From contig CACKVM010000001.1 of the NCBI GenBank assembly GCA_902603625.1, positions 85,647 through 149,646 on the forward strand: DNA of 64,000 bases. The letters are read 5' to 3'. The translations under genes were made by a program, and so were the position numbers. Shown here piece by piece: positions 51,115-64,000 of this stretch (position 1 is its first letter; each line of letters starts with the position of its first letter). The DNA comes from an uncultured Pelagibacteraceae bacterium. GTDB taxonomy: Bacteria; Pseudomonadota; Alphaproteobacteria; Pelagibacterales; Pelagibacteraceae. The notes beneath the pieces were generated by a model that worked only from the letters and a program-made list of their open reading frames with translations, did no database searches and was not told the DNA's origin.

Positions 51115-52953
51115 ATGAAATCAATTTTAGGTATTTCTGCTTTCTATCATGATAGTGCAGCATCAATTTTAATTGATGGAAAAATAATCGCTGCTGCTCA
51201 AGAGGAAAGGTTTACTCGAATAAAACATGACAAAAGTTACCCTCATAATGCTATAGAATTTGTTTTAAAATTTGCGAACTTAAACTTGAGTGATATCGAT
51301 CATATAGTTTTTTTTGAAAAACCATTCCTTAAATTTGAAAGATTGTTAGAAACTTATGTAGCATTTGCACCCAAAGGTTTTAAATCATTTTGTAAGGCAA
51401 TGCCAATATGGTTAAGTGAAAAACTTTTTCAAAAAACGTTTTTATTTGAAAAATTAAAAAGTCATGACAAAAATTTTAATGATAAAAAAAAAATCATGTT
51501 TTCTGATCACCACCTAAGCCATGCTGCAAGCGCTTTTTATCCATCTCCATTTAATGAAGCTATAGTTCTCACAGCAGATGGAGTAGGCGAGTGGGCCACA
51601 ACAACTGTTGCTTTAGCTAAAAATAATAAAGTTGAAGTAATTAAAGAAATACACTTTCCACATTCACTGGGATTATTATATTCAGCATTTACTTATTATA
51701 CTGGTTTTAGAGTTAATAGCGGTGAATATAAATTAATGGGTTTAGCACCCTATGGAAATCCAATCTACAGAGATAAAATTCTAAATAATCTAATTGATAT
51801 TAAAGATGATGGCACTTTCAGGCTTAATCAGGATTATTTTAATTATTCTACCGGATTAACTATGACCAATAAAAAATTTGATGATTTATTTGGTCAACCA
51901 CCGAGAAAACCAAATGACGAGAAATTAACTCAATTTCATATGGATATAGCAGCCTCAATTCAGTTGGTGACAGAAGAAATTATGATTAAGTTATCAACTT
52001 CAATTCAAAATGAATACGGTATTAAAAATTTATGTCTTGCAGGCGGTGTAGCTTTAAATTGTGTAGCAAACGGAAAACTCATAGAAAAAAAAATTTTTGA
52101 TAATATTTGGATACAACCTGCTGCTGGAGATGCAGGTGGATCTTTAGGAGCTGCTTTAGCATTGTGGTATAATGAGTTTAATAATCCTAGAAAAGTAAAT
52201 CCTAAAGATGATATGCAGGGATCATACTTAGGTCCAGAATTTAACAATAATCAAATTGAGGAGAGCTTAAAAGAAATAGGAGCAGTTTTTGAATTTAAAA
52301 GAGAAGATGAATTAATTTTAAAAACTGCAGAAGATTTATCTAAAGGCAAAGCAGTTGGTTGGTTCCAAGGAAGAATGGAATTTGGGCCAAGAGCACTAGG
52401 CGCTAGGTCTATACTTGGAGATCCAAGATCATCATCAATGCAAAAAAATTTAAATTTAAAAGTCAAGTATAGAGAAAGTTTTAGACCATTTGCACCATCT
52501 GTATTAAGAGATGATTTAAGTGATTGGTTTAATATAAATATTGATAGCCCTTATATGCTTTTAGTATCAAATATAAACTCTAAAAAATGTTTTCCAATGT
52601 CTGAAGAACAACAAAAATTATTTGGTATAGATAAATTAAATGTAAAAAGATCTGAGATACCAGCTGTAACTCATGTTGATTATTCGGCAAGAATTCAAAC
52701 AGTCCATGAAAATACAAATAATAAATATTTTAATCTTTTAAAAAAATTTAAAGAAATTACTGGTTGTCCTGTATTGGTTAATACTTCATTTAATGTAAGA
52801 GGTGAACCCATAGTTAATACTCCAAAAGATGCATTTAATTGTTTTATGGGAACAGAACTAGACACTTTGGTTATAGGGAATTATTTTTTGAAAAAAAAAG
52901 ATCAAGATCAATCACTTAAAAAAGACTACAAAAAATCATTTGAGCCTGATTGA
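51115..52953 (+). CDS. O-carbamoyltransferase (NodU/CmcH/TobZ/SxtI family)
   Basis: YHDSAA, HHLSHAASAF, DGVGE, GEYKLMGLAPYG, GGVALNC, EFGPRALG, RESFRPFAP, NTSFNVRGEPIV. Confidence 0.95.
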   Translation: MKSILGISAFYHDSAASILIDGKIIAAAQEERFTRIKHDKSYPHNAIEFVLKFANLNLSDIDHIVFFEKPFLKFERLLETYVAFAPKGFKSFCKAMPIWLSEKLFQKTFLFEKLKSHDKNFNDKKKIMFSDHHLSHAASAFYPSPFNEAIVLTADGVGEWATTTVALAKNNKVEVIKEIHFPHSLGLLYSAFTYYTGFRVNSGEYKLMGLAPYGNPIYRDKILNNLIDIKDDGTFRLNQDYFNYSTGLTMTNKKFDDLFGQPPRKPNDEKLTQFHMDIAASIQLVTEEIMIKLSTSIQNEYGIKNLCLAGGVALNCVANGKLIEKKIFDNIWIQPAAGDAGGSLGAALALWYNEFNNPRKVNPKDDMQGSYLGPEFNNNQIEESLKEIGAVFEFKREDELILKTAEDLSKGKAVGWFQGRMEFGPRALGARSILGDPRSSSMQKNLNLKVKYRESFRPFAPSVLRDDLSDWFNINIDSPYMLLVSNINSKKCFPMSEEQQKLFGIDKLNVKRSEIPAVTHVDYSARIQTVHENTNNKYFNLLKKFKEITGCPVLVNTSFNVRGEPIVNTPKDAFNCFMGTELDTLVIGNYFLKKKDQDQSLKKDYKKSFEPD

Positions 52954-52966
52954 TCAAGTTAAAAAA

Positions 52967-53791
52967 TTATAGGTAAATCTCTTTGATTTTTCTTGCAAGA
53001 TTAATATAAATTTTTGAAATTTCATGGTCTGAATTTGCTTCTACCAATGGTTTCCCTTCATCGCCAAATTTACCTATCTCAGGATTTATTGGTATTTCAC
53101 ATAAAAATTCTTTTTTGAATTCTTCTGCTGTTTTCTTTACTCCACCTTTACCAAAAATATTATATTTTTTTCCATCATCTCCTAAAAAATAACTCATATT
53201 ATCAACTAAACCTAGAATTTTTACTCCAAGTTTATCAAACATTTTGATTCCTCTTTTTACGTCGAGTAAAGCTACTTCTTGGGGTGTTGAAATAATAATA
53301 GCACCATCAATTTTAATCTCTTGTGAAAATGTAAGTTGAGTATCACCAGTACCTGGGGGCATATCTACAATTATAAAGTCTAAGTTTTGCCAATTCACTT
53401 TTTGAGTAAAAGTCTTTATTGCACTTGTAACCATAGGACCACGCCATATCATTGGAGTTTGTTGGTCAGTTAAAAATCCAATAGACATACATTGTATGTC
53501 ATATTTGAGTATAGGCTCAAGTTTTTGTCCGTCGCTCTTTGGTTTCTCTGTAATTCCAAACATTTTTGGAACTGATGGTCCATAAATATCTGCATCTAGT
53601 AGTCCAATTTTTAGACCTATTTTTTTTAAAGCAAGGGCAAGATTTGTAGCAAATGAAGATTTTCCAACACCTCCTTTTGCACTAGAAATTGCTATAGTGA
53701 ATTTTGTACCAAGAATAGGGTTCTTAGAAAATTTTTTTGACTCCAATTTTCTTTTCATTGCGTCACTTAGTTCTGGCTTTTTTTCAGACAT
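52967..53791 (-). CDS. mrp: Mrp/NBP35 Fe-S cluster carrier ATPase (ATG at 53791)
   Basis: SAKGGVGKS, DADIYGPS, WRGPM, DMPPGTGD. Confidence 0.93.
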   Translation of the reverse strand: MSEKKPELSDAMKRKLESKKFSKNPILGTKFTIAISSAKGGVGKSSFATNLALALKKIGLKIGLLDADIYGPSVPKMFGITEKPKSDGQKLEPILKYDIQCMSIGFLTDQQTPMIWRGPMVTSAIKTFTQKVNWQNLDFIIVDMPPGTGDTQLTFSQEIKIDGAIIISTPQEVALLDVKRGIKMFDKLGVKILGLVDNMSYFLGDDGKKYNIFGKGGVKKTAEEFKKEFLCEIPINPEIGKFGDEGKPLVEANSDHEISKIYINLARKIKEIYL

Positions 53792-53842
53792 ATTTTTATC
53801 ATTACTTGTTTTTTGCAATAAAGACACTATATAGTTTTGCAT

Positions 53843-54943
53843 ATGTCAGATGATTTTAGAAAAAGTGGCGGAAGTCCTTGGGGCACTCCTCCTGGAGGTG
53901 GAAATGGATCAGGTCAAAGACCAACCCCCCCAGATGTAGATAAAATCATAAAGGATATTCAAGAAAAAATTAAAAAATTCTTACCAGGCGGAGGATCCTC
54001 TGGAACTAAACAATTAACTTTAGTTTTAATTGTTTTGGGCTTCGTATGGTTAGCTAGTGGTCTTTATAGGGTTTTACCAGACGAACAAGGGGTTGTTTTA
54101 AGATTTGGAAAATTTGTAAAAACAACTCAACCAGGATTAAATTATCATATACCTTTTCCAGTCGAGTCAGTTCTTACTCCTAAAGTAACTAAAGTTAATA
54201 GAATCGATATAGGTTTTAGATCAGAGAGAGACAGTGGTTTTTCTTCCCAAGGTGGTGTAGCTGATGTCCCTCAAGAAAGTTTAATGCTTACTGGAGATGA
54301 GAACATTGTGAATATTGATTTTTCAGTATTCTGGGTCATTAAAGATGCGGGTAATTTTTTATTTAAAATTCAAGACCCTGAGGGTACGGTTAAAGCAGCA
54401 GCTGAAACAGCAATGAGAGAGGTAATTGCCAGATCAGATATACAACCTATTTTAACTGAAGGTAGATCAGTTATTGAAAATGATACACAAGAAATTATTC
54501 AACAAATTTTAGATGAATACACAAGCGGTATACAGATTACACAAGTTCAAACTCAAAAAGCAGATCCACCAGACCAGGTAATTGATGCGTTTAGAGATGT
54601 ACAAGCTGCAAGAGCTGACATGGAAAGATCTAAAAATGAGGCTGAAGCTTATGCTAATGACGTGATACCTAGGGCTCGGGGTGAAGCAGCAAAAATATTA
54701 CAAGCTGCTGAAGCATATAAAAAAGAAGTAGTTGCAAAAGCAGAAGGTGAAGCAAGTAGATTTGTATCTATTTATACTGAGTACGCTAAAGCAAAACAAG
54801 TTACTCAAGAAAGAATGTATTTAGAAACAATGGAAAAAGTTTTGTTGGATATTGAAAAAGTAATTATAGAAAAAAATTCAGGATCTGGAGTGGTTCCGTA
54901 TCTTCCATTGCCTGAGTTAAATAAAAAAAAGGTAACAAATTAA
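53843..54943 (+). CDS. hflK: FtsH modulator HflK
   Basis: SPWG..GG N-terminus, SPFH domain, MLTGDENIV, YLETME. Confidence 0.95.
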   Translation: MSDDFRKSGGSPWGTPPGGGNGSGQRPTPPDVDKIIKDIQEKIKKFLPGGGSSGTKQLTLVLIVLGFVWLASGLYRVLPDEQGVVLRFGKFVKTTQPGLNYHIPFPVESVLTPKVTKVNRIDIGFRSERDSGFSSQGGVADVPQESLMLTGDENIVNIDFSVFWVIKDAGNFLFKIQDPEGTVKAAAETAMREVIARSDIQPILTEGRSVIENDTQEIIQQILDEYTSGIQITQVQTQKADPPDQVIDAFRDVQAARADMERSKNEAEAYANDVIPRARGEAAKILQAAEAYKKEVVAKAEGEASRFVSIYTEYAKAKQVTQERMYLETMEKVLLDIEKVIIEKNSGSGVVPYLPLPELNKKKVTN

Positions 54944-54944
54944 A

Positions 54945-55814
54945 ATGAAAACTGGAAAAATAATAGCTGGACTTTTAGTTGCAATTGCAGCAACAGCTTT
55001 TTTTTCAATCTTTATTGTAAAAGAAGTAAATCAAGCAATTGTTCTTCAATTTGGTGATCCTAAAAGAATAATTATAAAACCAGGGTTGAATTTTAAAATC
55101 CCATTTATTCAAAATGTAGTTTTTTTGGACAAAAGAATTTTAAACTTAGATACTCCCCCGGAAGAAGTTATTGCTTCAGATCAAAAGAGATTGATTGTAG
55201 ATGCTTTTGCAAGATTTCAGATAGTAGATCCTTTAAAATTTTATATATCCGTTGGAAATGAGAGAGTTGCAAGATCTAGATTAGCAACAATCATAAATTC
55301 TAGAATAAGAAATGTTTTAGGTCAGCAAGAACTTCAAACACTTTTATCAGAAGATAGAACAAAGCAAATGGCTTTAATTCAAGAGGGTGTGAATAATGAA
55401 GCTGAAAATTTTGGAATTAAAATTAATGATGTAAGAATTAAAAGAGCAGATCTTCCCCAAGCAAACAGTGATGCAATTTTTAGAAGAATGCAAACTGAAA
55501 GGGAAAGAGAAGCAAAAGAATTTAGAGCAAGAGGTGCCGAAATGGCAGTAACAATTACCTCTACCGCGGACAAGGAAGTCACCGTAATTTTAGCAGATGC
55601 TCAAAAAAAATCTGAAATTATGAAAGGTGAGGGGGATGGTTTAAGAAACAAAATCTTTGCTGATGCTTTTGGAAGAGATCCAGAATTTTTTGCATTTTAC
55701 AGAGCAATGCAAGCTTATGAAAATGCTTTAATCGGAGGTGATACATCTATGATTTTATCTCCAGATAGTGAGTTCTTTAAATTTTTTGGTAATATAAAAC
55801 CTAAATCAGAATAA
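54945..55814 (+). CDS. hflC: FtsH modulator HflC
   Basis: DVRIKRADLP, RMQTERERE, DPEFFAFYRAM. Confidence 0.95.
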   Translation: MKTGKIIAGLLVAIAATAFFSIFIVKEVNQAIVLQFGDPKRIIIKPGLNFKIPFIQNVVFLDKRILNLDTPPEEVIASDQKRLIVDAFARFQIVDPLKFYISVGNERVARSRLATIINSRIRNVLGQQELQTLLSEDRTKQMALIQEGVNNEAENFGIKINDVRIKRADLPQANSDAIFRRMQTEREREAKEFRARGAEMAVTITSTADKEVTVILADAQKKSEIMKGEGDGLRNKIFADAFGRDPEFFAFYRAMQAYENALIGGDTSMILSPDSEFFKFFGNIKPKSE

Positions 55815-55822
55815 ATTTTAAT

Positions 55823-56017
55823 ATGAGAGAATTGATCATTGCTTTTGGTCTTTTTCTTTTTTTTGAGGGAGTTTTATATGCCATATTTCCATCAAAAATG
55901 AAAAATATGCTCAAAAAATTGGATTTAGTCACTGATAGTCAATTAAGATCTGGTGGTATGATCTTTGCAATTTTAGGGTTTGTTATAATTTATTATGTCA
56001 AAAAAAGTTCATTATGA
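55823..56017 (+). CDS. DUF2065 family small membrane protein
   Basis: GLFLFFEGVLYAIFP...LRSGG; follows hflC. Confidence 0.85.
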   Translation: MRELIIAFGLFLFFEGVLYAIFPSKMKNMLKKLDLVTDSQLRSGGMIFAILGFVIIYYVKKSSL

Positions 56018-57414
56018 GAATAATTAAAGTTTATTTTTTATCAATATTTTTTCTATTTTGTCATTCTGCACAATCTTTCTCTAAAAACGCACCAGAGTCT
56101 TTTGCTGATTTGGCAGAAAAATTAATGCCATCAGTAGTGAATATTTCTACAACTCAAACAATTGTAACAAATTCTAATCCGTTCCCTTTTCAGTTTCCTC
56201 CGGGTTCACCTTTTGAGGATATGTTTAGAGAGTTTGGTTCACCTCAGGAAAGACAATCAGCTGCTTTAGGATCAGGTTTTATAATAGATAAAGAGGGAAT
56301 AATAGTGACGAACAACCACGTAATTCAAGACGCAGAAGACATCATTGTGAGAGTAAATGATAAAGAGTTCAAAGCAAATGTTGTAGGTGCTGATCCATTA
56401 TCAGATATTGCAGTGTTGAAATTAGAAACGAATGAAAAATTTGTTCCTGTTAAGTTTGGAGACTCCGATAAAGCTCGTATTGGAGATTGGGTTATTGCTA
56501 TCGGAAATCCATTTGGATTAGGGGGGACAGTTACGTCTGGAATAATCTCTGCAAGAAATAGATCTATTGGTTTGTCAAGATATGAAGATTACATTCAAAC
56601 AGATGCTTCAATTAATTCAGGAAATTCAGGCGGCCCTTTGTTTGATATGAATGGAGATGTAATAGGTATCAATACTGCAATTTTAGGAAGGAATGGTTCT
56701 ATTGGAATTGGTTTTTCAATACCCTCTAATAGCGCAAAAATTGTAATTGACCAATTATTAGAATTTGGAGAAACCAAAAGAGGGTGGCTTGGAGTTCGAA
56801 TACAAGATGTGACCAAAGAAATTGCTGAAGTAGAAAATTTAAACGAACCAAGAGGAGCACTAGTAGCAAGTGTTGCTGAAAATAGCCCTTCTGACAAAGC
56901 TGGAGTGAGATCTGGTGATATAATTTTGGAATTCAACGGCGAAAAGATTCAAGAGATGAAAGAACTTCCCATAATTGTTGCTCGAACTGAAGTAGGAAAA
57001 AAAGTTAAAGTAAAAATTTGGAGGAACAAAAAAGAAATTACAAAAGAAATTATATTAGGTCGTTTAGAAACATCTGAAGATTTTAAAGTTTCAGAAAAAC
57101 CATCATTAGCTGAAACAAGAATAGATGATTTAAAAATTACTGTAAGAAAATTAACAAAAGATGATATTAATATTAGAAAACTTCCTAATCAAACCAATGG
57201 AGTTATAATCACTAAAATTCTGAATGATAGTCCTCTAAAAAATTCAATTGAGGTAAATAGTATTATAATTGAAGTGCAGAAGAAAAAAATTAGATCACCA
57301 AATGACCTTACTCAAATTGTAAAAGAAGTTTTAAAAACAAATCAAAACACAATATTATTTGTTGTTTATAATAGCCAGAATCAAAAAAGATATATTGGTA
57401 TTAAAATAAAATAA
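56014..57414 (+). CDS. degP: DegP/HtrA periplasmic serine protease
   Basis: TNNHV, DIAVL, GNSGGPL, PDZ domains. Confidence 0.93.
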   Translation: MRIIKVYFLSIFFLFCHSAQSFSKNAPESFADLAEKLMPSVVNISTTQTIVTNSNPFPFQFPPGSPFEDMFREFGSPQERQSAALGSGFIIDKEGIIVTNNHVIQDAEDIIVRVNDKEFKANVVGADPLSDIAVLKLETNEKFVPVKFGDSDKARIGDWVIAIGNPFGLGGTVTSGIISARNRSIGLSRYEDYIQTDASINSGNSGGPLFDMNGDVIGINTAILGRNGSIGIGFSIPSNSAKIVIDQLLEFGETKRGWLGVRIQDVTKEIAEVENLNEPRGALVASVAENSPSDKAGVRSGDIILEFNGEKIQEMKELPIIVARTEVGKKVKVKIWRNKKEITKEIILGRLETSEDFKVSEKPSLAETRIDDLKITVRKLTKDDINIRKLPNQTNGVIITKILNDSPLKNSIEVNSIIIEVQKKKIRSPNDLTQIVKEVLKTNQNTILFVVYNSQNQKRYIGIKIK

Positions 57415-57417
57415 ACA

Positions 57418-58326
57418 ATGGATTTAAACTCCAAAATTGTTTTAATTTATGGTCCAACAGCTTGTGGAAAATCTGATTTTGCAATTAAACTTGCCAAAAA
57501 AATCAAAGGAGAAATTATAAATGCTGATAGTATGCAAGTATATAAAGAACTTAAAATTTTATCTGCAAGACCACTACCAAAATACTATAACAATATTAAA
57601 CACCATTTGTATGGTTTCCAAAGTGTAAGAAAAAATTTTTCTTCAGGAGATTGGTTAAAATTAGTTAATCAAAAAATTCTTGAGGTAAAAAAAAGAAAAA
57701 AATTGCCCATACTTGTTGGAGGGACTGGATTATATTTTAAAGCTTTAACAGAAGGTTTGGTAAATATACCGAATATTCCATCTCAGTTAAGATCAAAAAT
57801 AAGATTACTACATAAAAAAATTGGGTCAAAAAAGTTTTTTTTAAGATTAATCAAATTAGATCCTCTATCAAAAAACAATATAAAACCTTCAGACACCCAT
57901 AGAGTTATTCGTGCATATGAGGTAAAATCGTTTACTAAAAAGTCTATTTATGAATGGTTTAAAAGCACTCAGGCAGTGTATGAAAGTGATGATTTTTTCA
58001 AAATTTATATTGATTATCCAAGAACTGAGCTAATTAAGAAAATTAGAGCTCGAACTGAGGATATGATTAAAAATGGAGCAATCTCTGAGGTTAGAAATTT
58101 TATTAAATTAAAAGTTCCAAGAGTTAAAACTGCATCTAAGGCAATAGGAATTAGAGAAATTAGAGAATATATTAATAAAAGCATGGAGATATCAGAGGTT
58201 ATTGAAAAAATATCAATAAAGACAAGGCAATATGCTAAAAGACAATCCACTTGGGGCAGAGGAAATATGATGGATTGGAACAAAATAAAGTCAGAGGATT
58301 TAAATAAATTTTTAAAAAAAATTTAG
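57418..58326 (+). CDS. miaA: tRNA dimethylallyltransferase
   Basis: GPTACGKS, DSMQVY, VGGTGLY, TRQYAKRQ.TW. Confidence 0.96.
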   Translation: MDLNSKIVLIYGPTACGKSDFAIKLAKKIKGEIINADSMQVYKELKILSARPLPKYYNNIKHHLYGFQSVRKNFSSGDWLKLVNQKILEVKKRKKLPILVGGTGLYFKALTEGLVNIPNIPSQLRSKIRLLHKKIGSKKFFLRLIKLDPLSKNNIKPSDTHRVIRAYEVKSFTKKSIYEWFKSTQAVYESDDFFKIYIDYPRTELIKKIRARTEDMIKNGAISEVRNFIKLKVPRVKTASKAIGIREIREYINKSMEISEVIEKISIKTRQYAKRQSTWGRGNMMDWNKIKSEDLNKFLKKI

Positions 58327-58343
58327 ATATCATGTAGTAATTC

Positions 58344-58373
58344 TTGACCAATAAGCACAACTTCAGCTAGATT
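58344..58373 (+). promoter_or_regulatory. Candidate sigma70 promoter placing the start site at the ilvB ATG (leaderless)
   Basis: TTGACC-N18-TAGATT (within GCTAGATT), ending 6 nt before ATG 58380. Confidence 0.5.
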
Positions 58374-58379
58374 GCATGA

Positions 58380-60146
58380 ATGTCTAAATTATTTACAGGT
58401 GCTGAAATTGTGTTCAAATGTCTTGAGGATCAAGAGGTTGAATTTATTTTTGGTTATCCTGGTGGTGCAGTGCTACCAATCTATGATGAGTTAAAAAATC
58501 ATAATACGATTAAACACATCTTAGTAAGGCATGAACAAGGTGCGGGACATGCTGCAGAGGGATACGCAAGATCATCTGGAAAACCTGGAGTGGTTCTTGT
58601 AACTTCTGGACCAGGTGCAACTAACGTAGTTACTGCATTAACAGATGCTTATATGGACTCTGTCCCACTTGTTTGCATATCAGGACAAGTGCCAACACAT
58701 CTAATAGGAACTGATGCTTTTCAAGAGTGCGATACAACTGGAATCACAAGACCTTGCACAAAACATAATTGGTTAGTTAAAGATATTAAAGATCTGTCAA
58801 AAATTCTTCATGAAGCTTTTAGAGTTGCTACAACAGGTAGACCAGGACCAGTATTAATTGACATCCCTAAAGATATCCAGTTCGCTAAAACAAGTTATCT
58901 AAAACCTAAAGCTAAAAAAAAGCTAAATGGAAAATCAATAAATTATTTTTCACAAAAAGATATTGATACATTGGTGGACCTAATGAATAAATCAAAAAAA
59001 CCTATTATTTATTCTGGAGGTGGAGTTATAAACTCAGGACCAGAGGCGAGTAATGTTTTGAGAGAACTAGTTGAACTTACAGGTTTTCCAATAACTTCAA
59101 CACTACAAGGTTTAGGAGCATACCCAGGAGATGATAATCAATTTTTAGGCATGCTTGGAATGCATGGAACTTACGAAGCTAACAATGCAATGCATGATTG
59201 TGATCTATTGATTAATATTGGAGCTAGATTCGACGATAGAATAACTGGAAAAATTGATGAGTTTTCACCAAAATCAAAAAAAGTTCATATTGATATTGAT
59301 CCTTCATCAATAAATAAAATAATCAAAGTTGATTTAGCATTAGTTGGTGATGTTAAAGAAGTTCTTAAGGGTATAAACAAAACTTTAAAGAAGAAAAATT
59401 TAGATTTGAAAAAATCAAATAAACAAAAAATTGCTAAGTGGTGGGAACAAATTCAAAAATGGCGTACTAAAAATTCTCTTAATTTTAAAAATAGTGATGA
59501 AACAATAAAACCACAACATGCAGTTCAAAGATTATATGAACTTACAAAACATAAGGATACTTATATTACTACCGAGGTTGGTCAACATCAAATGTGGGCA
59601 GCTCAACATTATAAATTTAACAAACCTAATCGTTGGATGACTTCAGGTGGATTAGGAACTATGGGATATGGGTTGCCAGCTGCTGTTGGAGTTCAAATAG
59701 CACATCCAAAAAAATTAGTGATTGATATTGCAGGTGAGGCTTCAGTTCTAATGACTATGCAAGAGATGTCTACTGCTGTTCAATATAATCTACCCATCAA
59801 AATTTTTATTTTAAATAATCAATACATGGGAATGGTAAGACAGTGGCAAGAATTGTTACATGAAAAAAATTATTCTGAGAGTTACTCAGAAGCATTGCCT
59901 GATTTTATAAAAATGGCAGAAGCTTATGGCTGTAAAGGTATTAAGGCAGAAAAACCAGAGGAGCTAGATGAAAAAATTCAGGAAATGATTGATTTTGATG
60001 GGCCTGTTATTTTTGACTGTCGAGTTGATCCAAATGAAAATTGTTTCCCAATGATACCTTCTGGAAAACCTCATAATCAAATGATATTGGGACCAAGTGA
60101 AAAAGAGGAAAATAAGATTACTGGTAAAGGGAAAGCATTAGTTTAA
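58380..60146 (+). CDS. ilvB: Acetolactate synthase large subunit
   Basis: FGYPGGA, RHEQGA, SGGLGTMG, MVRQWQ. Confidence 0.96.
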   Translation: MSKLFTGAEIVFKCLEDQEVEFIFGYPGGAVLPIYDELKNHNTIKHILVRHEQGAGHAAEGYARSSGKPGVVLVTSGPGATNVVTALTDAYMDSVPLVCISGQVPTHLIGTDAFQECDTTGITRPCTKHNWLVKDIKDLSKILHEAFRVATTGRPGPVLIDIPKDIQFAKTSYLKPKAKKKLNGKSINYFSQKDIDTLVDLMNKSKKPIIYSGGGVINSGPEASNVLRELVELTGFPITSTLQGLGAYPGDDNQFLGMLGMHGTYEANNAMHDCDLLINIGARFDDRITGKIDEFSPKSKKVHIDIDPSSINKIIKVDLALVGDVKEVLKGINKTLKKKNLDLKKSNKQKIAKWWEQIQKWRTKNSLNFKNSDETIKPQHAVQRLYELTKHKDTYITTEVGQHQMWAAQHYKFNKPNRWMTSGGLGTMGYGLPAAVGVQIAHPKKLVIDIAGEASVLMTMQEMSTAVQYNLPIKIFILNNQYMGMVRQWQELLHEKNYSESYSEALPDFIKMAEAYGCKGIKAEKPEELDEKIQEMIDFDGPVIFDCRVDPNENCFPMIPSGKPHNQMILGPSEKEENKITGKGKALV

Positions 60147-60148
60147 TT

Positions 60149-60697
60149 ATGGCAAATCCGAAGTCTGCATATAGTGTCTCCTTAAAAAAAGAAAAATCAG
60201 ATACACACATAATTGTTGTTTGGGTAGATAATGAATCTGGTGTTTTAGCTAGAGTTGTAGGATTATTTTCTGGTCGAGGTTACAATATTGAGTCTCTTGC
60301 TGTTGCAGAAGTTGATGCAAAGAGGAATATATCTAGGATTACAATTGTCACTACTGGGACGCCACAAGTAATAGACCAGATTAAATTACAGTTAAAGAAA
60401 TTGGTCCCAGTTCATAAAGTGGCAGATTTTAAAAGAAATGATAAAGGTGTAATATTTAAAGAAATGGCTTTATTTAAAATTGTAGGTAATTCAAGAAAAA
60501 TTAAAAATGCTATTAACGCTTGTAAAAAGTATGATGCTGTAATATTGGATAAAACGAATAAATCAAATGTAATTCAAATTACTGCATTAAGAAGAGAGAT
60601 AGACAAAATGGCTAAAAATTTAAAAAAATTTGGCTTAGTAAGCATTTCCAGAACAGGAGCTGTCGCTATGACTAGAGGAGATAAAATTTTTAGTTAA
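60149..60697 (+). CDS. ilvN: Acetolactate synthase small subunit
   Basis: DNESGVLARVVGLFSGRGYNIESL. Confidence 0.95.
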   Translation: MANPKSAYSVSLKKEKSDTHIIVVWVDNESGVLARVVGLFSGRGYNIESLAVAEVDAKRNISRITIVTTGTPQVIDQIKLQLKKLVPVHKVADFKRNDKGVIFKEMALFKIVGNSRKIKNAINACKKYDAVILDKTNKSNVIQITALRREIDKMAKNLKKFGLVSISRTGAVAMTRGDKIFS

Positions 60698-60711
60698 ATA
60701 TTAAGGAGTAA

Positions 60712-61737
<1,026 letters not shown>

Positions 61738-61823
61738 AATTTAGTTCCAATTTGGGACAAAATCTCTCTTTTATTTTGCAATCTAAACGAGAGGTTGTAT
61801 ATTTCACTTATAAAATTTTTACA

Positions 61824-64000
<2,177 letters not shown>

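Noticed and set aside
49478-52953. Saxitoxin biosynthesis (sxtI/J/K-like genes)
   Set aside because: No sxtA, sxtG or other core toxin genes in the window; this trio is widespread outside toxin producers

Overview
A very AT-rich, densely packed alphaproteobacterial chromosome segment. Gene content, order and tiny intergenic spaces point to Pelagibacterales (SAR11). Most of it is core genome: pntAB, transaldolase, rpsU/rpmE, efp, fba-pgk-gap-tkt, zapA, tol-pal, tilS-ftsH-folP-glmM, purA, rpoH, ispA-dxs, aroC, glyQS-ppdK, thyX, hflKC-degP-miaA, ilvBNC-leuA and mreB. It also carries tRNA-fMet(CAT), tRNA-Arg(TCG) and a permuted two-piece tmRNA. The main accessory region (45.9-53.0 kb, flanking ssrA-thyX) encodes two membrane-anchored SGNH proteins, an SxtJ-like membrane protein, two tandem 49-aa DUF5989/SxtK-like peptides missed by the ORF track, a methyltransferase and a NodU/CmcH carbamoyltransferase. 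The peptides end in FIYTIF and FIYAIF, resembling the DltX tyrosine acyl-shuttle motif, which suggests an MBOAT-free trans-membrane carbamoylation relay (hypothesis). Other points: rpsU probably starts at ATT behind a hairpin-occluded Shine-Dalgarno; a MOC1/phage-type resolvase occupies the ruvCAB locus; there is no room for 6S RNA between zapA and ygfA; and glmM and thyX each carry a +1 homopolymer frameshift, probably assembly errors. No CRISPR, integrase, transposase or rRNA was seen. All family assignments are from motif recognition, not database searches.
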